Translations under genes and position numbers: made by a program | NCBI GenBank assembly: GCA_048882325.1 | Contig: JBHLRS010000029.1 | Coordinates: forward strand, 1 to 41,195 | Length of the DNA stretch: 41,195 nt | Source of the DNA: Candidatus Thorarchaeota archaeon | Lineage (GTDB): Archaea; Asgardarchaeota; Thorarchaeia; Thorarchaeales; Thorarchaeaceae | Reading direction: 5' to 3' | Notes under the pieces: model-generated | The model's input: the letters and a program-made list of their open reading frames with translations, nothing else | Told to the model about the DNA's origin: nothing | Database searches by the model: none | Shown: in pieces, positions 26,799 to 36,853 of the stretch | Layout of the letters: each line of letters begins with the position of its first letter | Position numbering within the stretch: the stretch's first letter is position 1

Positions 26799-27938
26799 AT
26801 GCCAACTAAGCCCAACTACCACAATAGCATCGTCAACCTCATGAGTTCCATCGGTGCCGCATCGGGAGTATCCAGTCCGTATTCTCCACTTGATTCATTG
26901 GACCTGACCGATTCAAAGAACATTGTACTCATGATAGTCGATGGTCTTGGTTACAACTATCTCAAGAAGTATGGTCGAGATACTGTTCTTGAAAAGAATC
27001 TGAAGGGGGTACTAACATCTGTATTTCCTCCATCGACAGGTTCTGCGATTACGACATTCCTTACAGGTCTGCCTCCTCAGCAGCATGGAGTGGTTGGATG
27101 GTATGTTCATCTGAAGGAGCTAGGTCTGGTAGCTCGTATCCTTCCATATACCAATGCTGTCGATGGTAATGTCATTGCGGTTCCAATATCCAAAGTAATC
27201 GACGTGAAGGGAATCTTTCGTGATATTCAACGCGAGTACTCAATGGTCTACTTCAATAAAATAGTGGATTCAGAGTATACGCGAAACCTCGCTGGAAGTG
27301 CTCGTAGACTGAGCTATACTGACATTGACTCTTTCTTTGGTCGAATCGAAGAAATAATCACGAGAGCACGAAGGCAGAGCTACATCTATTCATACTGGCC
27401 CACCCTAGATAGTATCAGTCACGTTCTGGGATGTGAGAGTGACGAAGCAAAAGAACATCTAAAGGACTTCGCTGAGCGGTTGCGCTTGTTTCTTGAAACC
27501 ATTGCCGGCTCAGATACAACCATCCTTGTGACTGCAGATCATGGATTTAGTGATGTGGCCCTAGATGATGTCATCTATACAAGAGACCATCCTAGGCTTA
27601 TGGACTGCCTGACTTTGCCAGTCTGCGGTGATACAAGGACTGGTTTCTGTTATGTAAGGCCCTCAAGAGTATCAGCATTTGAGAGATACATCGATGAGGA
27701 ACTAGATGGTTTCTGTAGTTGTCATAAGAGTGAGGATTTGATCAATGATGAGTGGTTTGGTCTTTTTGACCCGCATCCGCTCTTGGACGACCGTGTAGGC
27801 GATTACACACTCACATTCAATGATGGCCATGCCCTCCTGAATTGTTTCCCTGGTTTGGAACCACCAGAACTGAAAGGTCATCATGGGGGAACAAGTGCTG
27901 ATGAGATGAATGTACCACTGATTGTTATCGATGCGTAG
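26799..27938 (+). CDS. Alkaline phosphatase superfamily (nucleotide pyrophosphatase/phosphodiesterase-like) protein
   Basis: IVDGLG, SVFPPST, DSISH, VTADHG, GHHGG..EMNVPL. Confidence 0.88.
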   Translation: MPTKPNYHNSIVNLMSSIGAASGVSSPYSPLDSLDLTDSKNIVLMIVDGLGYNYLKKYGRDTVLEKNLKGVLTSVFPPSTGSAITTFLTGLPPQQHGVVGWYVHLKELGLVARILPYTNAVDGNVIAVPISKVIDVKGIFRDIQREYSMVYFNKIVDSEYTRNLAGSARRLSYTDIDSFFGRIEEIITRARRQSYIYSYWPTLDSISHVLGCESDEAKEHLKDFAERLRLFLETIAGSDTTILVTADHGFSDVALDDVIYTRDHPRLMDCLTLPVCGDTRTGFCYVRPSRVSAFERYIDEELDGFCSCHKSEDLINDEWFGLFDPHPLLDDRVGDYTLTFNDGHALLNCFPGLEPPELKGHHGGTSADEMNVPLIVIDA

Positions 27939-28058
27939 ATACGTTGTCTGTAAACCAGTCTTCCATTACTTATCGCGTTTCGCCATGTGTTGAACCTCTT
28001 CGGTCAGACACTTATACTAGAGTGATTAGAAGATGAACATCAATCGGGGGTTCTTCTT

Positions 28059-29030
28059 ATGGTTTCCATCGAAGAGATTGAAAAAGCTCGTAAACGCATC
28101 AAGGGCCATATCAAGACTACACCCTTGCATTATTCTCGTTTTCTCAGTGATCTAATCAAAGGTTCTGTGTTTCTCAAACTGGAAAGCGAGCAGATAACTG
28201 GGTCTTTCAAGGTCAGAGGTGCCTTGAACAGACTGATGACACTTACAAAAGAAGAGGCTAAGAGGGGAGTGATTACTGCATCTACTGGTAATCATGGGTT
28301 GGGCACTGCTTATGCCGCGAGAAAATTAGGAATATCTACAAAGGTTGTGTTTCCCAAGGATGCATCGCCAGTGAAAAAGGAAAAGATGAAGAAGGCTGGT
28401 GTCGAGATAATTCAGGATGTAGGTTACGCTGACATAGAGTCGTATGCTCGACGACTTGCCGATGAACGAGGGCTTACCTATGTGAGTCCCTACAATGATC
28501 CAATGATTGTCGCAGGGGCTGGTACTACTGGGATTGAGATAATCGAACAACAGGGTAACATCGATGCTGTGGTGGTTCCTATAGGGGGAGGTGGTCTCAT
28601 CTCAGGCATCGCTATTGTTGTAAAGTCCATGAGTCCACATACCCGGATGATAGGAATACAGTCAGAGGTTTCTCCAGAGGTCTATGAATCATGGAAAGCA
28701 GGTCATTGGGTGGATGCTGATGAGTCTGACTCTCTCGCGCAGGGTCTGATGGGTGGAGTTGAATCCGACTCGATAACACTAGATATCATCCGTGAGAACG
28801 TTGACCGGGTCGCTCTTGTGAAAGAACGGTCGATCTTGGAAGCCATGAGGCTTCTGTACGAGAGTGAAGAGCTGGTAATTGAAGGGGCAGGGGCTGCTTC
28901 CGTAGCCTATATCTTGGAACATAAGGAAGAGCTTGTTGGAACGCATATTGTTGCAGTCGTGAGTGGAGGCAACATCTCTGAGGATGAACTCATCTCGGTT
29001 CTGAACGAAGATTTGCGAAAAGAACAGTAA
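28059..29030 (+). CDS. Threonine/serine dehydratase family PLP enzyme (no regulatory domain)
   Basis: KLESEQITGSFKVRGA, ASTGNHG, PIGGGGLISG, VSGGN. Confidence 0.9.
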   Translation: MVSIEEIEKARKRIKGHIKTTPLHYSRFLSDLIKGSVFLKLESEQITGSFKVRGALNRLMTLTKEEAKRGVITASTGNHGLGTAYAARKLGISTKVVFPKDASPVKKEKMKKAGVEIIQDVGYADIESYARRLADERGLTYVSPYNDPMIVAGAGTTGIEIIEQQGNIDAVVVPIGGGGLISGIAIVVKSMSPHTRMIGIQSEVSPEVYESWKAGHWVDADESDSLAQGLMGGVESDSITLDIIRENVDRVALVKERSILEAMRLLYESEELVIEGAGAASVAYILEHKEELVGTHIVAVVSGGNISEDELISVLNEDLRKEQ

Positions 29031-29073
29031 TGGAACCTACTGTTTTATAACGTGATACAATTCTGGACTCCGT

Positions 29074-31164
29074 ATGAGGAGACGGACAAAAGGCCTTGTT
29101 GTCGTTGCCATAATTCTTGTCATTACAATTCCCACTGTGTTCTTCATAATGAACATTCTTTATCCTCCACCACCAGAACCCTTTGATTTGGATGATGCTC
29201 CAGCAGAGATCCTATTGATTAGGGATGATTTGAAGACCAAGCTGACTGAGGGAACGTTCACTTGGAGTGACATACCTGACTTCATAACAATATCTCAGTA
29301 CATTGCTAACCACTCACCTCTAGTCAAGGAAAAAATCCAAGGATGGGACAAGACAACTGTGTTCAATGTTGTCGGATCTGGATACATCTGGTTCATTACA
29401 CAAGATGGTGCACTCACAATTTTCACAGGTCCAACTCCTCCTACTGAGTACGATGTCCAAATAACACTCAGCTTGGAAACAATTGTTCAGATTCTTACGC
29501 AGGAAGAGACCGCAGTGTCGTCCTTCCAGAAAGGCAACCTTGATTTCACTGGTCCTTTGGGCGATGCTATCAAGATAGACCGCCTTACGCAAATTATCGC
29601 AGCAACCCTCATGGATACGAGCATTGACATCATTGAAACATCGCTCGAATTCGTCATCACACATGACGAATCGGAGCTTTATGAGCGGGGTCTTACACTG
29701 ATGCCCTGTGTTGAGATGGTTATTGACAATGGATCTTCTACATTTGGTGTGGGTCATCTGGTTGTCTATGATCATGCGGGGAGAGTAATCGCACAACTTG
29801 ATGACACCCTACACTGGACGCACAAGTTCATCAATTCTACGACTGTTTTGATGGGTGGGGCGCAAGGTAATGCGGAACTGTGGAACTACAAGACTGGCGT
29901 CGTTGAAACTTTGTCTGTACCTGGCGGTCATCATGAACTGGACTACAATCCAGTTACTGACACGTATCTTGTCTTAGAGGAGGACTATTCAGCAGAGATA
30001 TGGGATGGTCGTCCAGTCCTCTACGATATTTTGTCAGAATATGATAGTGATGGCACTCTATTGTGGCAATGGGACGGACGTGATGAATTTCCGTTCAACG
30101 CGACTATGCACACCAGTCTTGGGCTTAATGAAACCTTCAGAGCTGGTGCAGACTGGATGCACTCCAACAGCTTTACCTGGGACAAAGAGAATGACATGAT
30201 CTACCTCAATGTAAGAAACCTTGACACAATCCTCAAGATTGACAAAAGCACCAAAGACATCGTATGGTCTGCTGGTCGGTGGGGCGAGTTCACTGTATTG
30301 AACAGCACAGGTCATGAGGTGGACACGATCTTTCACCATCCACATAGTCTTGAAATGATTGGACCAAACCACTTCATGATCTATGACAACAACTTCTACA
30401 ATCCAAATGAACCATCTACCATGACACCCGGTAGTACCGAAGGATATTCCCGTCTTGTTGAGTTCATTGTTAACGAAACCAGTCAGACCATGGAGGAGGT
30501 CTGGTTCTGGAAGCCTCAGAACATGACCTATTACTTCCAAGACTCGGGTGGAGACGCCGATAGGTTACCAAATGGAAACACGATAGGTATCTTCGCAGGC
30601 AAGGCTCTGACGGCTGGAGTACCTGATCCCGTGATCATAACTGAGGTCACTGAAAGCGGGTCGATTGCTTGGGAGCTTCAGGCACCAGGTGAGAACAACA
30701 CCTACTACTGGACGCATAGAGTCGAGCGATTCTACGAGGCTCCACTCATTCATGTGGACAACAGTTCAATGGATATCGACCTGGAAGCTGGAACACTGAA
30801 TCTCGAATTGACAACATGGAACAGCTACAAAGTCGATGCGACAACCAATGGGACTCTTAAGGTTCTTGTCAATGGGAATGAGCGGTATTCAGAGTTGTTT
30901 CAATTTCTGCCACATTGGCTCCCGAACAACTTCGAGATCTCTCTGTCCAACTTACCTACTAATGTGAACTATATCCAGATTACTGTGACAAATGATGATG
31001 GGTCAGTTGGTTCACTTGTGGTGTATGGTGAGCTTCCAACTCCTATGCAGTTTGGTCTTGCTCTACCCCTTACGATTACCATTGCTGTAGCAATACCAGT
31101 TGTAATAGTGGTTCTTAACAAGACTGGTAGGTTGAATCTTAGAAGATCTGGGTCTGTTGAGTGA
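29074..31164 (+). CDS. SCP2 domain fused to arylsulfate sulfotransferase (ASST)-like beta-propeller, TM at both ends
   Basis: SCP2-like segment DVQITLSLETIVQILTQEETAVSSFQKGNLDFTG; ASST-like HHELD, DWMHSNS, HHPHS, IYDNN, DRLPNGNT. Confidence 0.75.
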   Translation: MRRRTKGLVVVAIILVITIPTVFFIMNILYPPPPEPFDLDDAPAEILLIRDDLKTKLTEGTFTWSDIPDFITISQYIANHSPLVKEKIQGWDKTTVFNVVGSGYIWFITQDGALTIFTGPTPPTEYDVQITLSLETIVQILTQEETAVSSFQKGNLDFTGPLGDAIKIDRLTQIIAATLMDTSIDIIETSLEFVITHDESELYERGLTLMPCVEMVIDNGSSTFGVGHLVVYDHAGRVIAQLDDTLHWTHKFINSTTVLMGGAQGNAELWNYKTGVVETLSVPGGHHELDYNPVTDTYLVLEEDYSAEIWDGRPVLYDILSEYDSDGTLLWQWDGRDEFPFNATMHTSLGLNETFRAGADWMHSNSFTWDKENDMIYLNVRNLDTILKIDKSTKDIVWSAGRWGEFTVLNSTGHEVDTIFHHPHSLEMIGPNHFMIYDNNFYNPNEPSTMTPGSTEGYSRLVEFIVNETSQTMEEVWFWKPQNMTYYFQDSGGDADRLPNGNTIGIFAGKALTAGVPDPVIITEVTESGSIAWELQAPGENNTYYWTHRVERFYEAPLIHVDNSSMDIDLEAGTLNLELTTWNSYKVDATTNGTLKVLVNGNERYSELFQFLPHWLPNNFEISLSNLPTNVNYIQITVTNDDGSVGSLVVYGELPTPMQFGLALPLTITIAVAIPVVIVVLNKTGRLNLRRSGSVE

Positions 31165-31174
31165 CAGTCGAGGT

Positions 31175-31672
31175 CTAACGAGCACCTTCCTCGACAATCC
31201 TGATAGTTGCCCCAATTCTGGACATGAATTGGCTCTCGTTAGGAACCATGCCAACAAAAGAGAGTCTGTTATTGATGGACACTATGGGTGCAGATGCTCC
31301 GATGAACGCTGAGAACCCTGGACTGTCTAGGTTTGTTGTGTCCCCGCTTCCACGAAGTGCCGCGTTGAGCCACTCCCTGGCTTCACTAAGTTGCTCTTTC
31401 GTGTCATATTTCGCCCACCGAATGCAGATACTGTCTCCGTATTTGACCTGAGCCTTCTCTAACAGATTACTGATCTTCTCCATAGGATTGTCAGAAACTA
31501 GTTTTACAACAACTGTGTCTGCCTTGGACACATCAACAGCAACTCCCGAAGTTGATGAATCCCCACATGCATCTTCGTCTTCTACGATGGGGTCAGCTTC
31601 TACAATGCCTATTCCAGTCATTGGTGGAAAGACAGTGATTGTGACTTTTTCTATGCACTCATCATCCTTCAT
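31175..31672 (-). CDS. Hypothetical protein, possibly thioredoxin-like fold
   Basis: C-terminal APIVSINNRLSFVGMVP resembles thioredoxin-like cis-Pro/beta-hairpin ends; no CxxC. Confidence 0.55.
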   Translation of the reverse strand: MKDDECIEKVTITVFPPMTGIGIVEADPIVEDEDACGDSSTSGVAVDVSKADTVVVKLVSDNPMEKISNLLEKAQVKYGDSICIRWAKYDTKEQLSEAREWLNAALRGSGDTTNLDSPGFSAFIGASAPIVSINNRLSFVGMVPNESQFMSRIGATIRIVEEGAR

Positions 31673-31721
31673 GGTCTACTTGTGATTCTGTTTTGGCTAT
31701 ATCTGTATGGTTGTCGCAAAC

Positions 31722-32084
31722 TCAGACATAGGTGACTGTCCATCTCGTCTCAGATTGAGCGAGGTCAACCTCATAATCTGGATGATTGACTCTGATGACA
31801 ATGATTTCCCATCTTCCCCTTGCAATGCGTTTTAACTCGAAAATGGCAATTCCTTCTGCATCGGTTGGTTGTGAGATTGAGAAGCTAAAACCACCTGGAG
31901 AACTCACGATGACATCCACCTCACACATTGAAACTGATTCCCCGCATGGATTCAACACAGACACTGCCAATATCAGATCTTGATGATCTGTTGAATACGA
32001 CTTGACCACGTCAAAAGATCGGATGGATAGCTGCCGTTTATTTTCAGAGAGACAATCATTTGATAGACGGTGTTCGCTAAACAT
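31722..32084 (-). CDS. Hypothetical Ig-like beta-sandwich protein
   Basis: Beta-strand pattern with TDAEGIAIFEL and GRWEI. Confidence 0.55.
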   Translation of the reverse strand: MFSEHRLSNDCLSENKRQLSIRSFDVVKSYSTDHQDLILAVSVLNPCGESVSMCEVDVIVSSPGGFSFSISQPTDAEGIAIFELKRIARGRWEIIVIRVNHPDYEVDLAQSETRWTVTYV

Positions 32085-32195
32085 AAACCGTTACCAATGA
32101 TATATAAGTAAAGTTGATATATAAGGTTTATTTACAAAAGTACCAATATATTTCCGTAAACAATATCTATTAGGAAATTTACAAAGTTACTATCT

Positions 32196-32696
32196 GTGAT
32201 TCATATGAGGCCAACAAAGAGACTCGTGTTGCTCGTCACCGTTACGCTCATGATGCTGTCTCTCTTCGCAGGACCAGTTCATGCTCATGGTGATGATAAT
32301 GATGATGCCTCACTTATGGTGTCAATTGAATCTGCGGACTATCTGGCTCTGGATGCAGACCAGATTGAAAATGACATAATAACTGAGTTTACAATAACAC
32401 TACCTGATGGGGAATGGAGTTTTGGGATGACATACATCTATTGCGAAATTGAGCTCCCTTCAGGTCTCACATTCTACTGTGAGATTGTCGCGATAGGATC
32501 ATACAATACTCTAGGACTCGTTCTTGGATGGCACAACACAGCGATTGAAACAGGATGGTACACTTTCAGGGTGTTCGCCCGCGTCTATGGAAATCATGTA
32601 CCCGATTCTGGATACGATAGTTTCGCGTTTGACCCACCCACAGATGGAGACCCTGCCCCACCAGTAATAGAGATTATTGAGGTAATCATTGAGTAG
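32196..32696 (+). CDS. Secreted acidic beta-rich protein
   Basis: Signal peptide ending VHA; acidic, beta-rich mature part. Confidence 0.7.
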   Translation: MIHMRPTKRLVLLVTVTLMMLSLFAGPVHAHGDDNDDASLMVSIESADYLALDADQIENDIITEFTITLPDGEWSFGMTYIYCEIELPSGLTFYCEIVAIGSYNTLGLVLGWHNTAIETGWYTFRVFARVYGNHVPDSGYDSFAFDPPTDGDPAPPVIEIIEVIIE

Positions 32697-32725
32697 CAAA
32701 GAACATAGAACGAGGCGAATAAGAC

Positions 32726-33814
32726 GTGAGTGGTCTTACCGGGCCATATCTAGCCCTGCTTATGGCAATACAGGAGAACCCATTGTCCACAGTTTCAGCG
32801 CTAGTTGACAAGGTTGATGGTTCAAAGCCTACGGTCATTAAGCGTCTCAAGTATTTGAGGGACAATCGGTACTTCCAAGTCAAAGGGCTGTTAGACTATC
32901 ACAAGATGGGCTTGGAGTCTGTTGATCTCATACTTGAAACAAGCACACTCAAAAACGTCGAACGTCTGGAACAAGTTGCCACTAACCATCCATACACCGT
33001 CTATAGAAGTCGCTGTTTTGGCTCACATAACGGGCTGTTTCTCCAGTTTCGCACACCTATCGGAACACGACCATTGATTGAGGAACTCATCAAGATTCTA
33101 GGTGAACGAGACTTAGCAAAAAATGGACAGATATTCTCAATGGGGGAAGTGCCTGTCATCAGCTCGTCTATGAAGCTTGAAGTATGGGACCCGCAGACCA
33201 TGACATGGAGGTTCAATCTGGACAAATGGTTTAGTTCAGATGCGGACCTGGTCAAGATTGAAAAACCCTCTGGCAAACCTGAAAGTACATTACAATGGTT
33301 GACAAAGAATGACATGCACATTCTACAGCAACTCACCCTGGACGCAAAGAGAAGCCATGCCGCCATGATTCGTGCAATCAAGAAGAATGGGGTCTCCATA
33401 ACTCCTCAGACCTTTGGACGTCGACTCCGAATGATTGATGAGGGTTGCATCGACAGATACCGAGTTTCTTTTGACCCCGCTGCTTTTGACATCATCACAA
33501 ATATTCTGATCCGAGGAAATGCAACAAGGAAGTTTCTCAGTAAACTCTACGCTAGGATGAGCAGTAATCCTATTCCTTTCGAGTCTACATTCAAAGTGTC
33601 AGACAGGGAGCTGTTCTGGTTTGTTAGAATGCCCCCTAGCCACCTCTCAGCTCTCTTATCGAATCTTCACGCAAATCTTGACAACATGACGGTGACACTG
33701 ATTGACTATTCGAAGTCCTTCTTGTATTCCATCTGGCCCGAAACTTTGGATGAGACTGGTCATGCCTGGAGAAAAGACCACGAGTTCATGATTGATTTCG
33801 CTTTGAAAAGATAG
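32726..33814 (+). CDS. Double winged-HTH regulator (distant paralog of 18571/19699)
   Basis: SKPTVIKRLKYL, FGSHNG, WDPQTMTWRF, second HTH TPQTFGRRLR, terminal W motif. Confidence 0.8.
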   Translation: MSGLTGPYLALLMAIQENPLSTVSALVDKVDGSKPTVIKRLKYLRDNRYFQVKGLLDYHKMGLESVDLILETSTLKNVERLEQVATNHPYTVYRSRCFGSHNGLFLQFRTPIGTRPLIEELIKILGERDLAKNGQIFSMGEVPVISSSMKLEVWDPQTMTWRFNLDKWFSSDADLVKIEKPSGKPESTLQWLTKNDMHILQQLTLDAKRSHAAMIRAIKKNGVSITPQTFGRRLRMIDEGCIDRYRVSFDPAAFDIITNILIRGNATRKFLSKLYARMSSNPIPFESTFKVSDRELFWFVRMPPSHLSALLSNLHANLDNMTVTLIDYSKSFLYSIWPETLDETGHAWRKDHEFMIDFALKR

Positions 33815-33836
33815 ATGTATGTACATAGGTTTCAAT

Positions 33837-34196
33837 CTAATACTCTACATCCCAGATCTCATTCTCATGAGCATACTCATGAGCTTGCTGCACTGTGTCG
33901 AAGCACTTCAGCACATCGTAGGTGAAGTACTGCTGGTCCTCTCTCTCTGGCAGCTCGATTATCGGTCTGGGCTCTTCACTTGCCTTTTTGTAGATTCGTA
34001 TCAGACAGAGCCTGTTCTGAATTCCTGCTTCCTGACATTTCTTGCATCCCTTGGGACCCTTGGCGCAATGGACCCCTTCGATGACCCTAATGATGTCCTC
34101 ATGTTCCTCTGCAGCAATGGTCATGTGAAAAATGAGCATTTTCTCATCTAATAATGTTCGTTGGATGTTTATTGTGTCAATTTTCATCATTTCCAA
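33837..34196 (-). CDS. Hypothetical protein with HC-x6-CxxC motif
   Basis: HCAKGPKGCKKC; lies 16 bp downstream of the membrane receptor gene. Confidence 0.65.
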   Translation of the reverse strand: MEMMKIDTINIQRTLLDEKMLIFHMTIAAEEHEDIIRVIEGVHCAKGPKGCKKCQEAGIQNRLCLIRIYKKASEEPRPIIELPEREDQQYFTYDVLKCFDTVQQAHEYAHENEIWDVEY

Positions 34197-34212
34197 GACA
34201 GTTCTCGTTCAA

Positions 34213-36447
34213 TTATCGCACTCCTCGGGGAAGACCAACTATCATAGTGATTAGGATACTCTCCTTCGAAGCCACTTCTGTCTTCCATTCTATGGACCCC
34301 TCAAAAAGTTCGACTAAGCGTTTCATGTAAGCAAACTCGATTACATCTAGTGGTGAATGGGTCATATACCGTTTCAGGAGACCAAGTACTTGATCTATGT
34401 CATCGACCCTGACTATCATATCCAATACTACTTCACAGAGTCTATCAGAATTATCTGCATCATCCCTGAAATCAACCTCTGCCAACTCAAGTGAACCTAT
34501 GCGCTTTGTTATTCCCTGGAATATATTATAGAACAGGTCGACAAGGAGGTTGTTTGCATTTACAATACAAGTCTGAACATCCTTGCCCTCATTTTCCTTC
34601 CACCTGACTGTTTCGGGGATATTCGAACGACTTAGGGCTAGGTCAATAGCGTCCCGGAGGTCCATTGGCTCCAAGCTGTCTGAATCAAACTTTTCTCCTG
34701 AAATCACTGATTCCAGAAACTTTGCGTGCTCATTTGCCCTAGAGATATTGGTGAGAATTACAGCAATTGCATCCAACTTCGCCTCATCTGCATCTTCAGT
34801 AAACCGACTGAGGGTATCGATGGCAGTCTTTTGATGTGCCACTATGGTTTCTGACAATAATTGTGAATATGCGGCAACTCTCGGAACTAGATTCTCTGTC
34901 TTGTCCGATTCTATCTGATACAGAACTAGGAGTATAACCATGAACAATGCCGTGGATATCAACATGATTGCTTCTGCCACCCACCATCCAGGTGTCGCAT
35001 AGGCAAAGTTCGCCTTCAGGATGACCACTATAACCCAGATTGCGGCGAGTCCAGCTCCGATTGAGTCAATTGAGAACTCTCCACCGGAGGCCCCAGCTTT
35101 CAGCGTGATATACATTAGGAGAGCATAGAGTGAGAGATAGCTCAAAGCAAGCATCATGGCTGGTCCAATGACGTCCTCCGGGAAACTTAACATTAGGTAG
35201 ACTTCCCTTCTAACATACTCCGCCGCCAGAATGAATACAGGTGCAAGAATAATTCCGATGGCATATATCCTCGCGATTGTATGGAACATTCTCTTCCTTG
35301 GATTAAGGATTCTACGAACTGCAACAAACAGAGTAATTGTGGCTACTATTCCTCCAGCGATATACGGGACCATGGACTCAGACTCGAAACCATAGACTGG
35401 TGAGAAGTGAGACGCGATGAGTGCAATCTCACATATCATCCAGAATATGAGCATAAAGACGATGGCTAACTGATCTGGAGCAGAACGTTCTCTAGCTTTA
35501 ATGAAGAGCGCAACGGCAGAAACACCAGCAAGTGTTGCACCTCCAAAGTGAATTATCAAGGTGGCCCCAATGTCTACCATTGGGGCTGCTGTCAAAACAC
35601 TGTTGACTAAGTGTGCGATAGCAAACGGCACTAGTGCCAGTACACTTGTTGTAATGGTCATGAGATAGGCAATTGTATCACTTATTCCCATCTCTCTCAG
35701 GAATGTGTAGCTTATTGCGACATTAGCAAGAAGCAATGCCAATCCCATCAAGCCAATGGACACTATCCATAGCGCTGAAGGATTTGGCAGGATTATAATA
35801 TGATTGACAGAAGCTGCTGCTAAGAGTAGGAATGCAAAAGACAGCCGGATTGGATCATTGGAGTACAGTGACTCTCTTTGTCTGAGAGTGAATATCGCCG
35901 CCAAGACAAATGTTACCACTGCAATTCCGCCAAAAATGTACCCTGCAACCAAGAAAGCTTCGGTGGCAAAAGGTAGTCTAGCAACAATCATTGATACGAT
36001 AAAAATGATGATCGAAATTGTAACAAGGAAGTATGGTGTGAATCTACGGTACCAGAGTGACTCCTCTTTCTTTACATACCCATCCAATGTACTATAGAGC
36101 AGCATCATGATTCCTGCAGTTGCCAAAGCAACCAGATTCAGAAACGCTCCTGACGTCTGGACATGGATTGGGGTGTCTGCAGATACAATATAGAATATTG
36201 CAGCACCTGAGAATACTATCGAAGCATAGGTCGTTACAGTGAAGAGCATGTTGTTTGAAGGCGAGGGATCAAGTCTGGTCTTGTTGGCTACACTCACTGT
36301 CATTGTAACACAGAGAAAGGCTAAGACAGAGTAGTATGCTATCGCAGATGAGGCTGTGTCCCACGCAGGGTCACTCAGCCAGAGCATGTAGATTAGTGGC
36401 AGTAAGATGACTAGACCAATGCCTATTCTCTCAGGGTGATATTTCAT
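34213..36447 (-). CDS. Multi-TM receptor with degenerate histidine-kinase-like C-terminus
   Basis: About 14 TM, then a DHp-like helix (YSQLLSETI), an N-box-like LVDLFYNIF and KRLVELFEGSI; no G boxes. Confidence 0.7.
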   Translation of the reverse strand: MKYHPERIGIGLVILLPLIYMLWLSDPAWDTASSAIAYYSVLAFLCVTMTVSVANKTRLDPSPSNNMLFTVTTYASIVFSGAAIFYIVSADTPIHVQTSGAFLNLVALATAGIMMLLYSTLDGYVKKEESLWYRRFTPYFLVTISIIIFIVSMIVARLPFATEAFLVAGYIFGGIAVVTFVLAAIFTLRQRESLYSNDPIRLSFAFLLLAAASVNHIIILPNPSALWIVSIGLMGLALLLANVAISYTFLREMGISDTIAYLMTITTSVLALVPFAIAHLVNSVLTAAPMVDIGATLIIHFGGATLAGVSAVALFIKARERSAPDQLAIVFMLIFWMICEIALIASHFSPVYGFESESMVPYIAGGIVATITLFVAVRRILNPRKRMFHTIARIYAIGIILAPVFILAAEYVRREVYLMLSFPEDVIGPAMMLALSYLSLYALLMYITLKAGASGGEFSIDSIGAGLAAIWVIVVILKANFAYATPGWWVAEAIMLISTALFMVILLVLYQIESDKTENLVPRVAAYSQLLSETIVAHQKTAIDTLSRFTEDADEAKLDAIAVILTNISRANEHAKFLESVISGEKFDSDSLEPMDLRDAIDLALSRSNIPETVRWKENEGKDVQTCIVNANNLLVDLFYNIFQGITKRIGSLELAEVDFRDDADNSDRLCEVVLDMIVRVDDIDQVLGLLKRYMTHSPLDVIEFAYMKRLVELFEGSIEWKTEVASKESILITMIVGLPRGVR

Positions 36448-36673
36448 ATTCCTTCTCTCCTCCCGAGCACTCTGGTAGAAAAAGCAACAATCAGCTTCTC
36501 ACTCTTGCTACTCGTACCAAGAGCGCCTTAATATAAGGAATCTCGAAGAAGTGTTCGACTAAGTTCTAGACTCGAACTCTCCTCCATTTGTTTGTTTCTT
36601 TTCCTTGATTAAAGCAAAAAAGGTGATATTTGAAAGGAGTGCTCAGCTGAGCCCACTACCCTCATTGTAGAAA

Positions 36674-36814
36674 TTAGAGGTCTGCACCACACTTCTGATA
36701 TCTGGCAAGAACCTGCTCAGTTTCATCGCCGCAGTGGGAGCAAATGACCAGGACTTTTGCTTCTGGAGCAACTGCGGCAGCTAGTCCGGTTCTTCGGAAT
36801 GTGTTTCAGTCCAT
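36674..36814 (-). pseudogene. Remnant of a C-terminal zinc-ribbon protein
   Basis: Hand translation MD*NTFRRTGLAAAVAPEAKVLVICSHCGDETEQVLARYQKCGADL; TGA at codon 3, and the second CxxC reads YxxC. Confidence 0.5.
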
Positions 36815-36853
36815 CACTATTGCTTGGAATCAGAATTAGTATGACTAGTCGCT

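Noticed and set aside
36806-36808. In-frame TGA as selenocysteine
   Set aside because: Not at a Cys-motif position, and the ORF shows other decay.
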